Assembly: GCA_030248215.1 (NCBI GenBank)
Contig: JASANG010003696.1
Location: 62,001 to 126,000 of the forward strand
From: Enoplolaimus lenunculus
Lineage: Eukaryota
DNA: 64,000 bases
Direction of reading: 5' to 3'
The notes under the pieces were generated by a model, which made no database searches, was not told the DNA's origin, and saw only the letters and a list, made by a program, of their open reading frames with translations. Below, in pieces: positions 53,380-64,000 of the stretch; the first letter of the stretch is position 1; every line of letters starts with the position of its first letter. The position numbers and the translations under genes are program-made.

Positions 53380-56300
53380 TCATTCCAAATCATCAACTTG
53401 TTTCTTTTTCTTCTTTTTCTTTTTCTTATCAGGAGAGAGCACTAAAGCATCTGCTGTCGCTGGTATCTGTTCTTCAGCAAGTGCAACCTTTTTTTTCTTT
53501 GGCGAAGGAGGTTCAGCTTAAAATTCGCGGAAAATCAGTCAGTGATACAAAAATTACTGAGTAATGTTAATCATTTCTTTAGAAAAATTGTATATTATTA
53601 TATTTCTGCACAATGGTACATACATACAAACGTTAATATTACGCAGCCAAATTTGCTTACCTGAAATAACGAGCGTTTCATCTGCTGCAGAAGATTCTGT
53701 ACGCTTTCGTTTCTTCTTGGGCTCCTGAATATTCGCAAAGTAGTACGCAGTGATTTTTGTTTTGGTATAATAAAAAATTTCTATGATTACATATATGAGT
53801 TCGCGTATCGATCAGAATGAACCGTTTTTCCGCGGGACTGCAATAGAGCAAGCTTAAACCTTAGACTAACTTTTTGGTTAGACTTAGGCTTAGATATAGG
53901 TTTGTCCTTACGCTTGGGCCAAAGCATGGTGTAACCGGAGATCCGTATCCGCTTGCGGTAGAAATCAGTGCCCGGTTCCATTTCCGTTATTTGCTTGAAA
54001 ATAAGTATAAATAGCGTATATATCTCGCAAGTTTTAATTACAGATTATCTTGAAAACTGTCGATACGAAAAAATTACGAAATTCGTCCAAAATCTTAAAA
54101 ATTTCAGTGTATCTGCTATTTATGCTTTAAAATTTTAGAAAACCTTCTGAACTTGCACGCCTCAATTGTCCTGGCAAAAAACAAGTCGTCTTCGGAACTT
54201 TTACACTTCAAGATCTATTTTCTGTTTCCGTTATTATGTTCACTATCCGTTTCTGCTTCCGTTATTTTTACCATCCGTCTACACCTTGGACTATAACCTC
54301 TATTGAATCAATATCATTTCTCAGACCCATGTTACTTTGTGGCGTGAAACGCTTTTCCGCGGGACTGCAATATAGAAATTTTAAACTTTAGATTATTTTT
54401 TGCTTAGTCGCAGGCTTATTTTTATACTACTGTTACGGCCCCCGTTCTATAATACATTAACCCATATTAGTCAACCTACGGATTTCAATAAAAACCGTTC
54501 TGATTTTACGTAGATACAACATTTAATAAGCGTAGCTGTAAGTGAAAACCACTGTAAAATGTAAATTACTGGTTCGAAAGCCACAAGACAGCCACTGACT
54601 CGCTATAAATAGTATATACACCGCTCGTAGAACTTCAGGCAAAATTAAACAGCACAACATATTATTGCTGTGATGGCTAGAGAAAACACGCTGGCTACAA
54701 TTAAACTTTTTGAAATTATGTTAAATTGAACCCAAATATGATGCCTCCGAAATGCTGGCTACAATTAAACTTTTTGAAATTATGTTAAATTGAACCCAAA
54801 TATGATACCTCCGAAATATCCATTCTATCGCCTGCCGGTTCGTTAAACATCTCTTCGGCTGCTTGTAATTCCTTGCGTTTTTTCTTTGCGTCTTTCTTTC
54901 GTTTCTTCAATACTTTTTTCTAAATCGGAAACCAATTTTGCGTATAAACGCTTTCTTTGTCAATAGAAACGCTATCTGTTTACTTTATGCAATATCCGCG
55001 CTGTCGAAATTTTCAGCAAATGAGACAATGTTGTGAAGCCTTGAAACGCAAGTTTTACGCAATATATGGCGTCCAGATTTATTTTCGCAAGCAGGTTTTG
55101 ACAATCGTGTAATAAGAAAGAAAAATACGCCATGTTGAAGTATTCTAGTCATTTCCATTGCGGATTAGCTATCTTACAAAGGCGTTTTACGAGTACAGAT
55201 TGCAGATTAAGATCATCAAAAGAAAACCAATAAATACAGAAACAAGAACACGAAAAGGATTTTAGTTGAAATACGCTAATACACAACAATTCAATATTGA
55301 TTCACTTGCGTCAACCACGCGTTTAGTTTCAAATCGAGTATTTATATATAATCCCGAAGCGATAAATAGACAAAATGTTACGGTTAACATTTGTTTCACT
55401 GAACTCATTGCTTTTCCACAAAGAATAAAATAATGGCATATACGAAAAATAGTCACATTAAAATACAACAATAAACGAGTTTCTAGAACCACATTGTTTG
55501 GACGTACCTGTACTGTTTGTGCTTCAATTGCTGCTTCGTGCATAACATTCATATTCGAGCGTGGTTTGTCGCCAGAATCAAAGAATTTTAATCGATCTTC
55601 AACCTATTTTAACATAATAGAGTTAAAAATTAAGCCAAGTTATTTTTTGATTCTATAATGTTCCAACAAAGCTCCGCTAATAGCAGTCTAAAATTATTCT
55701 ACCAATCTTTTTTCCATTCTTTGCAAAATCAGCATTACCTGCTGAGAATTTTAGACCAATAGCCACTGCTTATTTCATTTTCGAACGCACTGTTACGAAC
55801 CTCAAGATAACATTTGGCATTTCTCTAAACAACACTACAGACTCTCATGGAAACCGCAGTCGGTTAGCTTACCTGCTGCCGCAAATGTTCTCCAAACGTA
55901 GGCACTGGAACTTCCGAAAAACAATCGATACGAGACGCGAGAGCACATTTATTCGCCAGATACCGGCTGATACGGCCCTTATTCTTTGCATGCGCACGTC
56001 CAATAAATGACGAATGAAACAATAGCCCATACTTCGGAGTGTTTCCTGTTAAAATTGAAGTAGTTCTTAGCTCAGACACAACAGCTCTGCTGCCCAAAAT
56101 TTGTTCGGTGTTTTCACCACAATTTCGTTAGCATTCAGCAACGATTGCATTTCAAGTGTAACTAACGCGTTTCCAATCTTTGAAAGTTTGAAAACCAAAT
56201 AAATCATAGTTTTAATTCCGTTCGTGACGATAAAAATAAAACAGAAACCATGGAAGTAGATTTCGCTTCCGTGTACAATGAAAAAGGTTGGAATTCGGAT

Positions 56301-59300
56301 TCGGTTGTAAAAAAGCCGAAACCAACAGTGTTCGGCAATACGTTTTTCAGTTTTAAACAATGAAAATTTTCTTATATTAATAAAAATGCGTTGATATTCT
56401 GAAACAAATTATAGATATAACTGAAAGATATTATTGTGACAAAAGTTTTGCATTCTAAGTATATTATTCACTGTTACACTTAAGTCTGTTAACATTTGTC
56501 CTTTATCTATTCATTATACGCCAATTGAAGATAGCAACAATCCGTATAGAACTATTTTACATACCTCTGGTTTTTAACGCTCGAAACAGTGCTTTTTCTG
56601 CTCCTAAAATCTGAATAGTCGACGCCGGGTACTTAGCTAGATTGGTCAAACTTCCCGCGTGAGAAATCAGTCGTGCGCCAACCTGGAATGGTAAACAGCT
56701 ATCAGAAAATAATATTTAAAAATTATTTTCTTTCAGCTTTTAGTAAATAATTCGAAAACAAAAATAACGGTCCATTTAAAAATTAGATACCATATCGAGG
56801 TCTTCAAAAAATTTTGTTATTGTTGCAGTGTGTCTCCAACATATATGACATAACTTGCTCAAACTGCACGTAGCACGTAAACAAGTTCTAAATAAGAACC
56901 AAAAACTGCCTGGAAAAAGCGCTCAAAATAGAAATACTAAGACAATAATATGAACGTACAACATCAGTCCTCACAAGTTATCCATTCGTTAATTTCGAAT
57001 ATGAAAAACTCGATTTACAAACAAATTCAACAGATAGACCTAACGCTCACCACGCTTTCATAGCACAACAATCGAACTAACCTGTTCGCCAATGAGACAC
57101 GACAAACTAGGAGCACATGATGCCATTCGGTCTTTCAGATAGTCACTAAGTTGCTTCCTATACTCGCCAAGCGAAACAACCCGTCGACAGAAGCGTTCAA
57201 TATTCGCTAAATCCATTTCCGAAATTTCCATTCCCATCGATGAACGAATGCATTCAATCACTTTTGCGACCGTTTCATTATTGTCGAGAATTTCTTAAAA
57301 TAAAATTGCAATAAATACACCTGCCCAAAATCTAAGTGGATGTTAAAGAATTTGTCTGAACCACCTACAGTCATATGTCAAACCACACTGCGTATAAAAC
57401 AACACCTGAATGTTAAATTCACAACGCAAACCAAAAATATTACAAGAATTAAAATCAGTTGTGCCAACTTCAGTAATGAAGATAACAACTGTGATAAATG
57501 CTAGCACAGACGTACCTCTGAGTTACAAGTATTTATATCTAAAAGACGTAACCACCTCTGAGTTACAAGTATTTATATCTAAATCTTAGAATATTAAGGG
57601 AAGATAAAATCATTTTACCACCAATCAGGGTGCAACCGGAATTCCAGTTCCGGCATTTTTTCACCTTCCGGTTCCGGTTCCGGTAAATCTTTACCGGATA
57701 TAAAAATTTCCGTGCTATAATTTGGCCGTTTTCTTAACTTTGCTAATTTTTAAGAATCTCTTTTGAACGCAACTTGTACTCCGAATATAAGCCATTGATG
57801 GTGGATTTCACTTCAGTCGACGACGAAAATCGAAAATACAACAAATAAAATAAATACCTATGTTCGACTAAGGTTGTTTCACAAATGATAGAGCAAAAAA
57901 TACGATTAAAATGAAATTTTTGGTGAAATGCATTTTTCAGTTTCCAGTTCCGGTAAAATTTTCAAATTCCGGTTCCGGTTCCGGTAAATTGTAATTCCGG
58001 TTGCACCCTGCCACCAATGTATTACTCCTAACCCGAATTCAACTAAAAGCCATTATTTAATAACTGAAGCTGTTTAGTTTTTATTTTTTATTTCAACCAT
58101 TTCGGTAAATTCCGAAAAAATTTCAACCAATGAGCACCGCTGCTTTCAAGAAAGCGACATAGAAAAATATACCCCGCAGCTTTTCTTCAGTTTCAGTGCT
58201 GAACGTCTTCCGATCACCAATTAATGCTACACAGCGTGCGTACTTGTACTGATCAGGGACACATTTGTAAAGTTCAGGAAAATGATACGAATACCTGCAA
58301 TCACAGAATATACTGCTAAATTACATGTTGACCCGTTAGGGTGTCTAAGAAATAAAGTGAATGAACACTCTAGCTTGATGGGTAAAACACAAACGACTGA
58401 TAAAAGACATGGATACTTACGAGTCAAATAAATACGCAGAAAACTTCACTTACATTCTATTCCCGAATTAACAAAACCTATTACATGATACGTTTAACAG
58501 GGTTCCAACAGGAATTAGATTTTGACCGAACAGGAACAGGAATTGAAGTTTTTTGCCGGAATAGGAACTGGAATTTAAACAATTTTCAACACCGACGCTT
58601 TTAGTAAACTCGTCGAAAAACGTAACTTAAACGAGTTTTTCGAGATTTCGTTTTCATCACTCCTACAAAATCACTCATCAAATATTTGAATTTAACACTT
58701 ATCAACTAAAGTAGACGAGATGAACGGCATGAAGTTCGACTAGCCATTTTGCAACTATATACAAAATTTTTTAATGTTTAAACGATTTTGGCACATCACA
58801 GTAACAATTTCGGTTCCAGTGTTTTTGAATGCAGGAACAGGATTGCAATTTTTGCAGGAATCCCGGCCGCAACAGGATTTCCGGATGAACCCTGGTATTT
58901 AAGGCGAGATTAATTTGTAAAAATAAATAACGGAAATAAATCGTAAATCGCCAGCTTGGACACAAAAAATACCGAACATCCGGTCCGGCTTCAATTTCGA
59001 CAAAACTGAAACTTAAACACGCTCGACGTACTTTGATATCGTTTGTTATAATTTTGTTCCTACAAAACATTTAGTAGTAACAATGGCTCTCACATAGTAT
59101 ACTTATTTTTGTCATTTCGACCAAACGACACTTAGTGTAACTAATGGCAAACGCTTACTTTAGTCAACAACTCGAAAACATACCATTCACGGATACGCAT
59201 ACTAAACGTATTGATATCTTTATCCAGCTGGTCGCACAATGAGATCGATTGAATAATCATGTTATCAACACGATTAACATTGAAACGAACCTAAAGCAAG

Positions 59301-62300
59301 TTTTTCCATTGATCTTGTCAGTAGTAGGAAATGAAATAGATATATACATCAGTACGTGCACACAATCATGCATTCCTTATTATAAAGATATATCAAATTG
59401 TAGCACATGCACAAGGGCGTAGCCAGGGGTGGGATCCAGCAGTTAAAACCCCTTTGACATTTTTGTACAAAAGTTTTTAGACACGGTTTTAGTTTACAAA
59501 ATAAAAAACCACCAAAGATGGGAGTTTCGGTCTCGTTAAGTCTCGGTATTTAGCAGGTCTCGATCTCGGTCTCTTTTGAGTCTCGGTGGTTTGGAACCGA
59601 GACCAGAAGTAGTGGATTCAGCAAATGTATGGCTGTGCTGTCGAAGTAAGTGATGCCTGATAAATAAGCTTTGGCTGTGAATCTATGAATTTTCATAGTT
59701 AAACAATAACGAGCACATATTTGAAAAAACATAAAAACAGTTAAAAACATAAAAAAGCTACAGAAAGCATTAAAAATAATTTAGTTTGGAAATTTTCATT
59801 TTTTAGTGATTAACAAAAATTGACTGAGACCGAAACTTTTCATGGCTAATCTTGGTAGTCAGGTCTCGATCTCGGTTTTTAACTGAGACTGCCTATCACT
59901 GGAAACCACCCCTTCTAAATTTTATAGAACGTAACCCTTTTTCCAAATCCTGGCTACGCGCATGCACACGTACATTACGTTTTTAAAAATCACTGCACAT
60001 ATAGTGCTCTTGGTAAAGGCTTGGCAAAAGAACTCGACAAATAACCACACACACACAAAATGGTTCCTGAAACAGTATATACCGAAAACACCCTCTGATT
60101 TTCCAAACGGTCGTACGATTGTATCAAATTAGCTCCATTGAGAAATTGTTCTTACATACCTTTGCACGAGAATAACTGTGTCCAAGGCCAAGCTGTGCGC
60201 GTTCGGATCCTTGTTGTGTCAAGCCTTTCACCAACTTTGGACAATGCAGCCTTATACCTAAAATGAACACTCAAATGTACTTGCAAAAAATATTACCTAA
60301 TGGCAAGACGAGAGAGTTTGCAATGCCTTGCTGCCTTACGCGCCAGAGAAACATTAAAGTCAAATAGACTATCTAGTTTACTTCGCAATTACATCTCTAA
60401 AACTCGTTAGAACCAATAAACCAATAAATAAATATTCATGATTAAACATTTCAATATGAAAAACTACTGGCTTCTCCACGGCTTGAAAATTTCCGCCGGG
60501 GGGCGATTCCTGGGGGGCCCCCAGGAAGTTCCTGGGGGGCAGCTGATTTTGCTGGGGGGCAGTTTTCCTGGGGGCCCCCAGATGATCTGGGGGGTCCTGG
60601 GGGGCAGGCTTAAAATTTTGCAAACCGACTTTTTGGACCATTTTTTTCATTCTAGACCGTGTTTCCAACTCAACTTAAGATTACTCATCGCTCAATATGA
60701 CAAAAATTTCTCGCAAACGCTAATAACAATAATTTTAACTAATATTACTGACAACTTAACCAGAAGTTGAAAGAAGCACAATTATATAAAATACAGATAA
60801 TCTATAATTGAAACTGTGATTAATATATATTTTGTATATTAGTCACAGCTTTAGTTTATCATACGGCTAAGGCGGGTTGAACTTGCTGCTGCAAGGTACT
60901 TCGAATGCTGTATGCCCTGAAACGGTCTGTATATAATTGTGCTTTTTTCAGTTCATTATTGAATTGTATTAGTTACTACGGGTATTTGTAACGCTATTAA
61001 AATTATGAGTACTCAGCGTACTATAAAATCATATTTTGCCGAATGTCCGCCTCAAAAGAAGTCCAGGTCTTTACGTTTTAACATTGAAAATTTTTGGCCT
61101 AGACAAGTCCTGGGGCCCCCCAGCCAAAAAAATTGCTGGGGGGCATTTTGCTGGGGGCGGCCGAAAATTCGCCGGGGGGAGGCTTTCCTGGGGGCGGCAA
61201 AATTTTCGCCGGGGGGAAAATGAAAATTACGGAGTGCTGGGGGCCCCCGCCCCCCGCTGTGGAGAAGCCAGAACTATTGGTATATATGTATATTTATATA
61301 GCAAATTCAAAAATAGCACGATACATTACGCATATATATTATATACGTACATATCAGGGTGCAACCGGAATTACAATTTACCGGAACCGGAACCGGAATT
61401 TGAAAATTTTACCGGAACTGGAAACTGAAAAATGCATTTCACCAAAAATTTCATTTTAATCTTATTTTTTGCTCTATCATTTGTGAAACAACCTTAGTCG
61501 AACATAGGTATTTATTTTATTTGTTGTATTTTCGATTTTCGTCGTCGACTGAAGTGAAATCCACCATCAATGGCTTATATTCGGAATACAAGTGGCTTTC
61601 TAAAGAGATTCTTAAAGATTAGCAAAGTTAAAAAAACGGCCAAATTATAACACCGGAATTTTTAAATCCGGTAAAAATTTACCGGAACCGGAAGGTGAAA
61701 AAATGCCGGAACCGGAACCGGAATTCCGGTTGCACCCTGGTACATATATATATTCACCTCGGAAAACTTCAGGCGCAAATCCAGTATGCTGACACTGAAT
61801 GTGCGGTAAAGCTTCAGAAATGCCCGCAGCCAATTTTCCATCGCTGACTCCCAAGCGTATTTTACGCTTTTTCGACGCCACAGGCACATGAGTTTCGAGG
61901 AAATTTATCAAATCTGTGTGAGGTGCACCTACAATGCACAATTATTTATATTACAAGTGCGCTACTCCTAACTATGACAGTCAACAACGTTCATTTCGTA
62001 AAACTCCGTCGTCAAACAGCACAAAATAATTTAAGATGTACATGAAAACTTCTCTGATCTAGCTCGGTCAATGCATAACAAAAATGACGATGTCTTTTAC
62101 AGAACAGGAAAACATCAACCTTATTTGTAATTTATATCAAACCTAACCTTCCGAAATGGCATTACAGTTGGCAAGGGCAGCTGCTGCATCGACAAATGGC
62201 GTGAATGCAATCAGATCGACATTCGTGCAAAAACGAGATAAGTCGCCCACAGAAGCTTCTACCTGAAATATAACAGCGCTTGTTGTGTTTCATTGCAATC

Positions 62301-62981
62301 ATGTCCGTTCAAGTACAGTTACATCCAGCAATGTGTTTTTATATATTAATTTATTCGCAAACGCCCTGTTGGTACAGTTGATTCTAGCATTATTTTCAAA
62401 CACAGGCGTATTGCGTTTTTTGCAAATTGAAAACACAAAATGCAATAAAGTAAAGAAACCTGATTGGTAATGGTATATACACAGTACAGGGTAGTTATAT
62501 ATGTGTGTATGCTATAACCATGGTTCCATCTGAATTCCTGTTCCGGCGTAAAATCCGGCAAATTTCAATTCCTGTTCGTGTTTTAGCGATAAACCACTGG
62601 TTTTGCGGCAAACTACGGGTGAACTTAAAGACAAAAAATTTTCCTCTCGAAAATTTTGCTGGGAATAAGCTTCTTTTCACAGCATCTGTTTCATCTGCAC
62701 ATTCCTCAAATGTTCAAGTTATCGACCAAGCATTTGTAGAATTTGGGAAACTGTTTAATAAAACAGCATAATTTATTTTGATTTATAGCGTGAATAAGCA
62801 GTATTCCTGTTTCTATTCCTGTGAAAAAATAAATTCCTGTTCATTTTCCTGCTTCACGTGAAATGTAGCCCTGTAGGATCCTTACCTCTGAAACAATCTG
62901 TCCGATGTCCTCGAACTCTTTTAATCTAAACAAAACATAGCCTGACGCATGCTCAAAAAGAAAAAACATAGGACCTTCCAT
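53380..62981 (-). CDS. NOP56: Nucleolar protein 56 (box C/D snoRNP core), 13 exons
   Basis: Exons (- strand): 62981-62886 ([18 protein letters not shown]), 62262-62148, 61928-61758, 60257-60160 ([13 protein letters not shown]), 59290-59184 ([36 protein letters not shown]), 58294-58173 (YSYHFPEL), 57293-57082 (SSMGMEIS..D), 56682-56565 ([39 protein letters not shown]), 56045-55873 ([41 protein letters not shown]), 55603-55508 (VEDRLKFF), 54919-54809, 53724-53661, 53516-53380 (poly-K tail, TGA). All phases are consistent; the motifs are NOP56-type rather than NOP58-type. Confidence 0.97.
54690..54817. repeat. Tandem duplication, 2 x 64 bp, overlapping a NOP56 5' splice site
   Basis: gctggctacaattaaac...atgat(g/a)cctccgaaat at 54690 and 54754. 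Confidence 0.9.
57626..58010. mobile_element. hAT-like MITE family C, 385 bp, 8-bp TSD
   Basis: TIR cagggtgcaaccggaatt...aattccggttgcaccctg; TSD ccaccaat. Confidence 0.92.
58498..58894. mobile_element. hAT-like MITE (CAGGGTT termini, acaggaa subrepeats)
   Basis: cagggttccaacagg...ggatgaaccctg; TSD unclear. Confidence 0.6.
60467..61271. mobile_element. ~805-bp TIR element with G-run-rich subterminal regions
   Basis: TIR ctggcttctccacggc / gctgtggagaagccag; flanking 5-bp direct repeat aacta; repeated cctgggggg units. Confidence 0.75.
61355..61739. mobile_element. hAT-like MITE family C, 385 bp, inverted relative to 57626-58010
   Basis: Same TIR; TSD gtacatat; the interior is a near-exact reverse complement of the 57626 copy. 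Confidence 0.92.
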
Positions 62982-63138
62982 CTTATTACTGCCACTTTGT
63001 CAATGTAGCATAACTGTATTACGATATTCCTAAATGAGTATGTAAGTAGCATTAATAACAAATATATTTTTATACAATATACAGCGGTCACGAACTTCCA
63101 AACCCGTAGCTGTTCTTTTATCTTTTACACTATCTACC

Positions 63139-63371
63139 CTAACGCGTCGACCGTAGGCTCGCGGTAAGCATACTATAATTGCATATGCACAAGAACAATC
63201 TGAGTGACAGGCTATTGACTGAGGCCCCACCCTCGGCGTTCCCATTCGGTCCAGCTATTTCTTCTTTGGAATTGTTGTTATATTCCAATTCCGAGCCCGT
63301 GACGACTGTGATCAATGAATATTCAGTGTCTTGTTTTCTTGCAATAATAATCTTGTCAGGTGCCAAAGCTC
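63139..63371 (-). CDS. Possible terminal exon of an upstream gene (unknown product)
   Basis: Acceptor aattttaag immediately precedes an open frame ALAPDKIIIARKQDTEYSLITVVTGSELEYNNNSKEEIAGPNGNAEGGASVNSLSLRLFLCIC...*; composition looks coding; no recognised homology. Confidence 0.35.
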
Positions 63372-64000
63372 CTTAAAATTATCTCATTTCCGACTAAATA
63401 TCAATATATCATTCGGCGTTTTATGTCATATATATTTTGTGTTGTGTTTTTAGGTTGTATTTCTCCTCTTTACGACCAATCTCTATGCGCTCAGTTTAAT
63501 GCACTTTTCCATTTCTGCCAATTCATCTCATTTTCCCCATGTTTGTGCAATTTTAAAATGTCATTTTATGTGATCTTATGTGTGCTTATTTGGATGTTTT
63601 TCTATCGTCCCGTTCCCATTTCCTACCAAATTATACGCGCGCATTTATGCATACTGCCAATTGCCATATCTGCATTTGTCACATAATGATGGATTATTAT
63701 TCGGGAAATTTCTGCGGTTTTTAAGTAGAGCTAGCTAGTAGAAAGTGCGTATTTCAACATATGGCGTGTAACTATGTTAAGCGAGTTAACAGCAACTTTC
63801 GGAATCATTTTCGCGTATTGGGAATAAATATTAAATAAACTATTTCTTATCATAATGAGCGTAGTGCAACGTGTAGTGTGACATGCAGATGAATGAAGGC
63901 AAATTGAAACCTCATGCTAATGCTTCACATCAGTGCTGATGCATATGTAGTGTCTTCATTCGCAATAGCGGCAAAAACGTGGAAGAACAAAGATAAATGT

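Noticed and set aside
60378..61459. Gly/Pro-rich ORFs on both strands
   Set aside because: They arise from G/C runs inside MITEs in NOP56 intron 3.
53517..62885. Box C/D snoRNAs in NOP56 introns
   Set aside because: TGATGA motifs (e.g. ~55213, ~58655) lack a suitably spaced CTGA and terminal stem, or fall inside MITEs; none could be supported by eye.

Overview
AT-rich, intron-rich eukaryotic genomic DNA. It is probably from a nematode (inference: dispersed TTAGGC telomere-type repeats, TTTCAG acceptors); the NELF-A-like gene points to a lineage other than Caenorhabditis. Genes were assembled by hand from phase-consistent GT/GC-AG exons. (1) The 3' part of a + strand gene encoding three C2H2 zinc fingers followed by a NELF-A-type C-terminal domain (5-4727). 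(2) A ~17.5-kb type I PIP5K gene on the - strand (12989-30495). (3) A cluster of three paralogous two-exon genes for small secreted, Cys-free, acid-free cationic peptides (35004-36019, 41511-41969, 47941-49439), two with a GC-AG intron. (4) A complete 13-exon NOP56 gene on the - strand (53380-62981). (5) A possible terminal exon of a close upstream gene. Introns and intergenic DNA are dense with MITEs (hAT-like with 8-bp TSDs, CACTG-ended palindromes, TTAA- and TA-flanked elements, and a TTAGGC-carrying family), plus a LINE remnant, tandem duplications and satellites. The most notable candidates are the secreted peptide family, the zinc-finger/NELF-A fusion, and a duplicated 23-nt poison-type micro-exon in NOP56. 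All homology calls come from recalled motifs; no database search was run.
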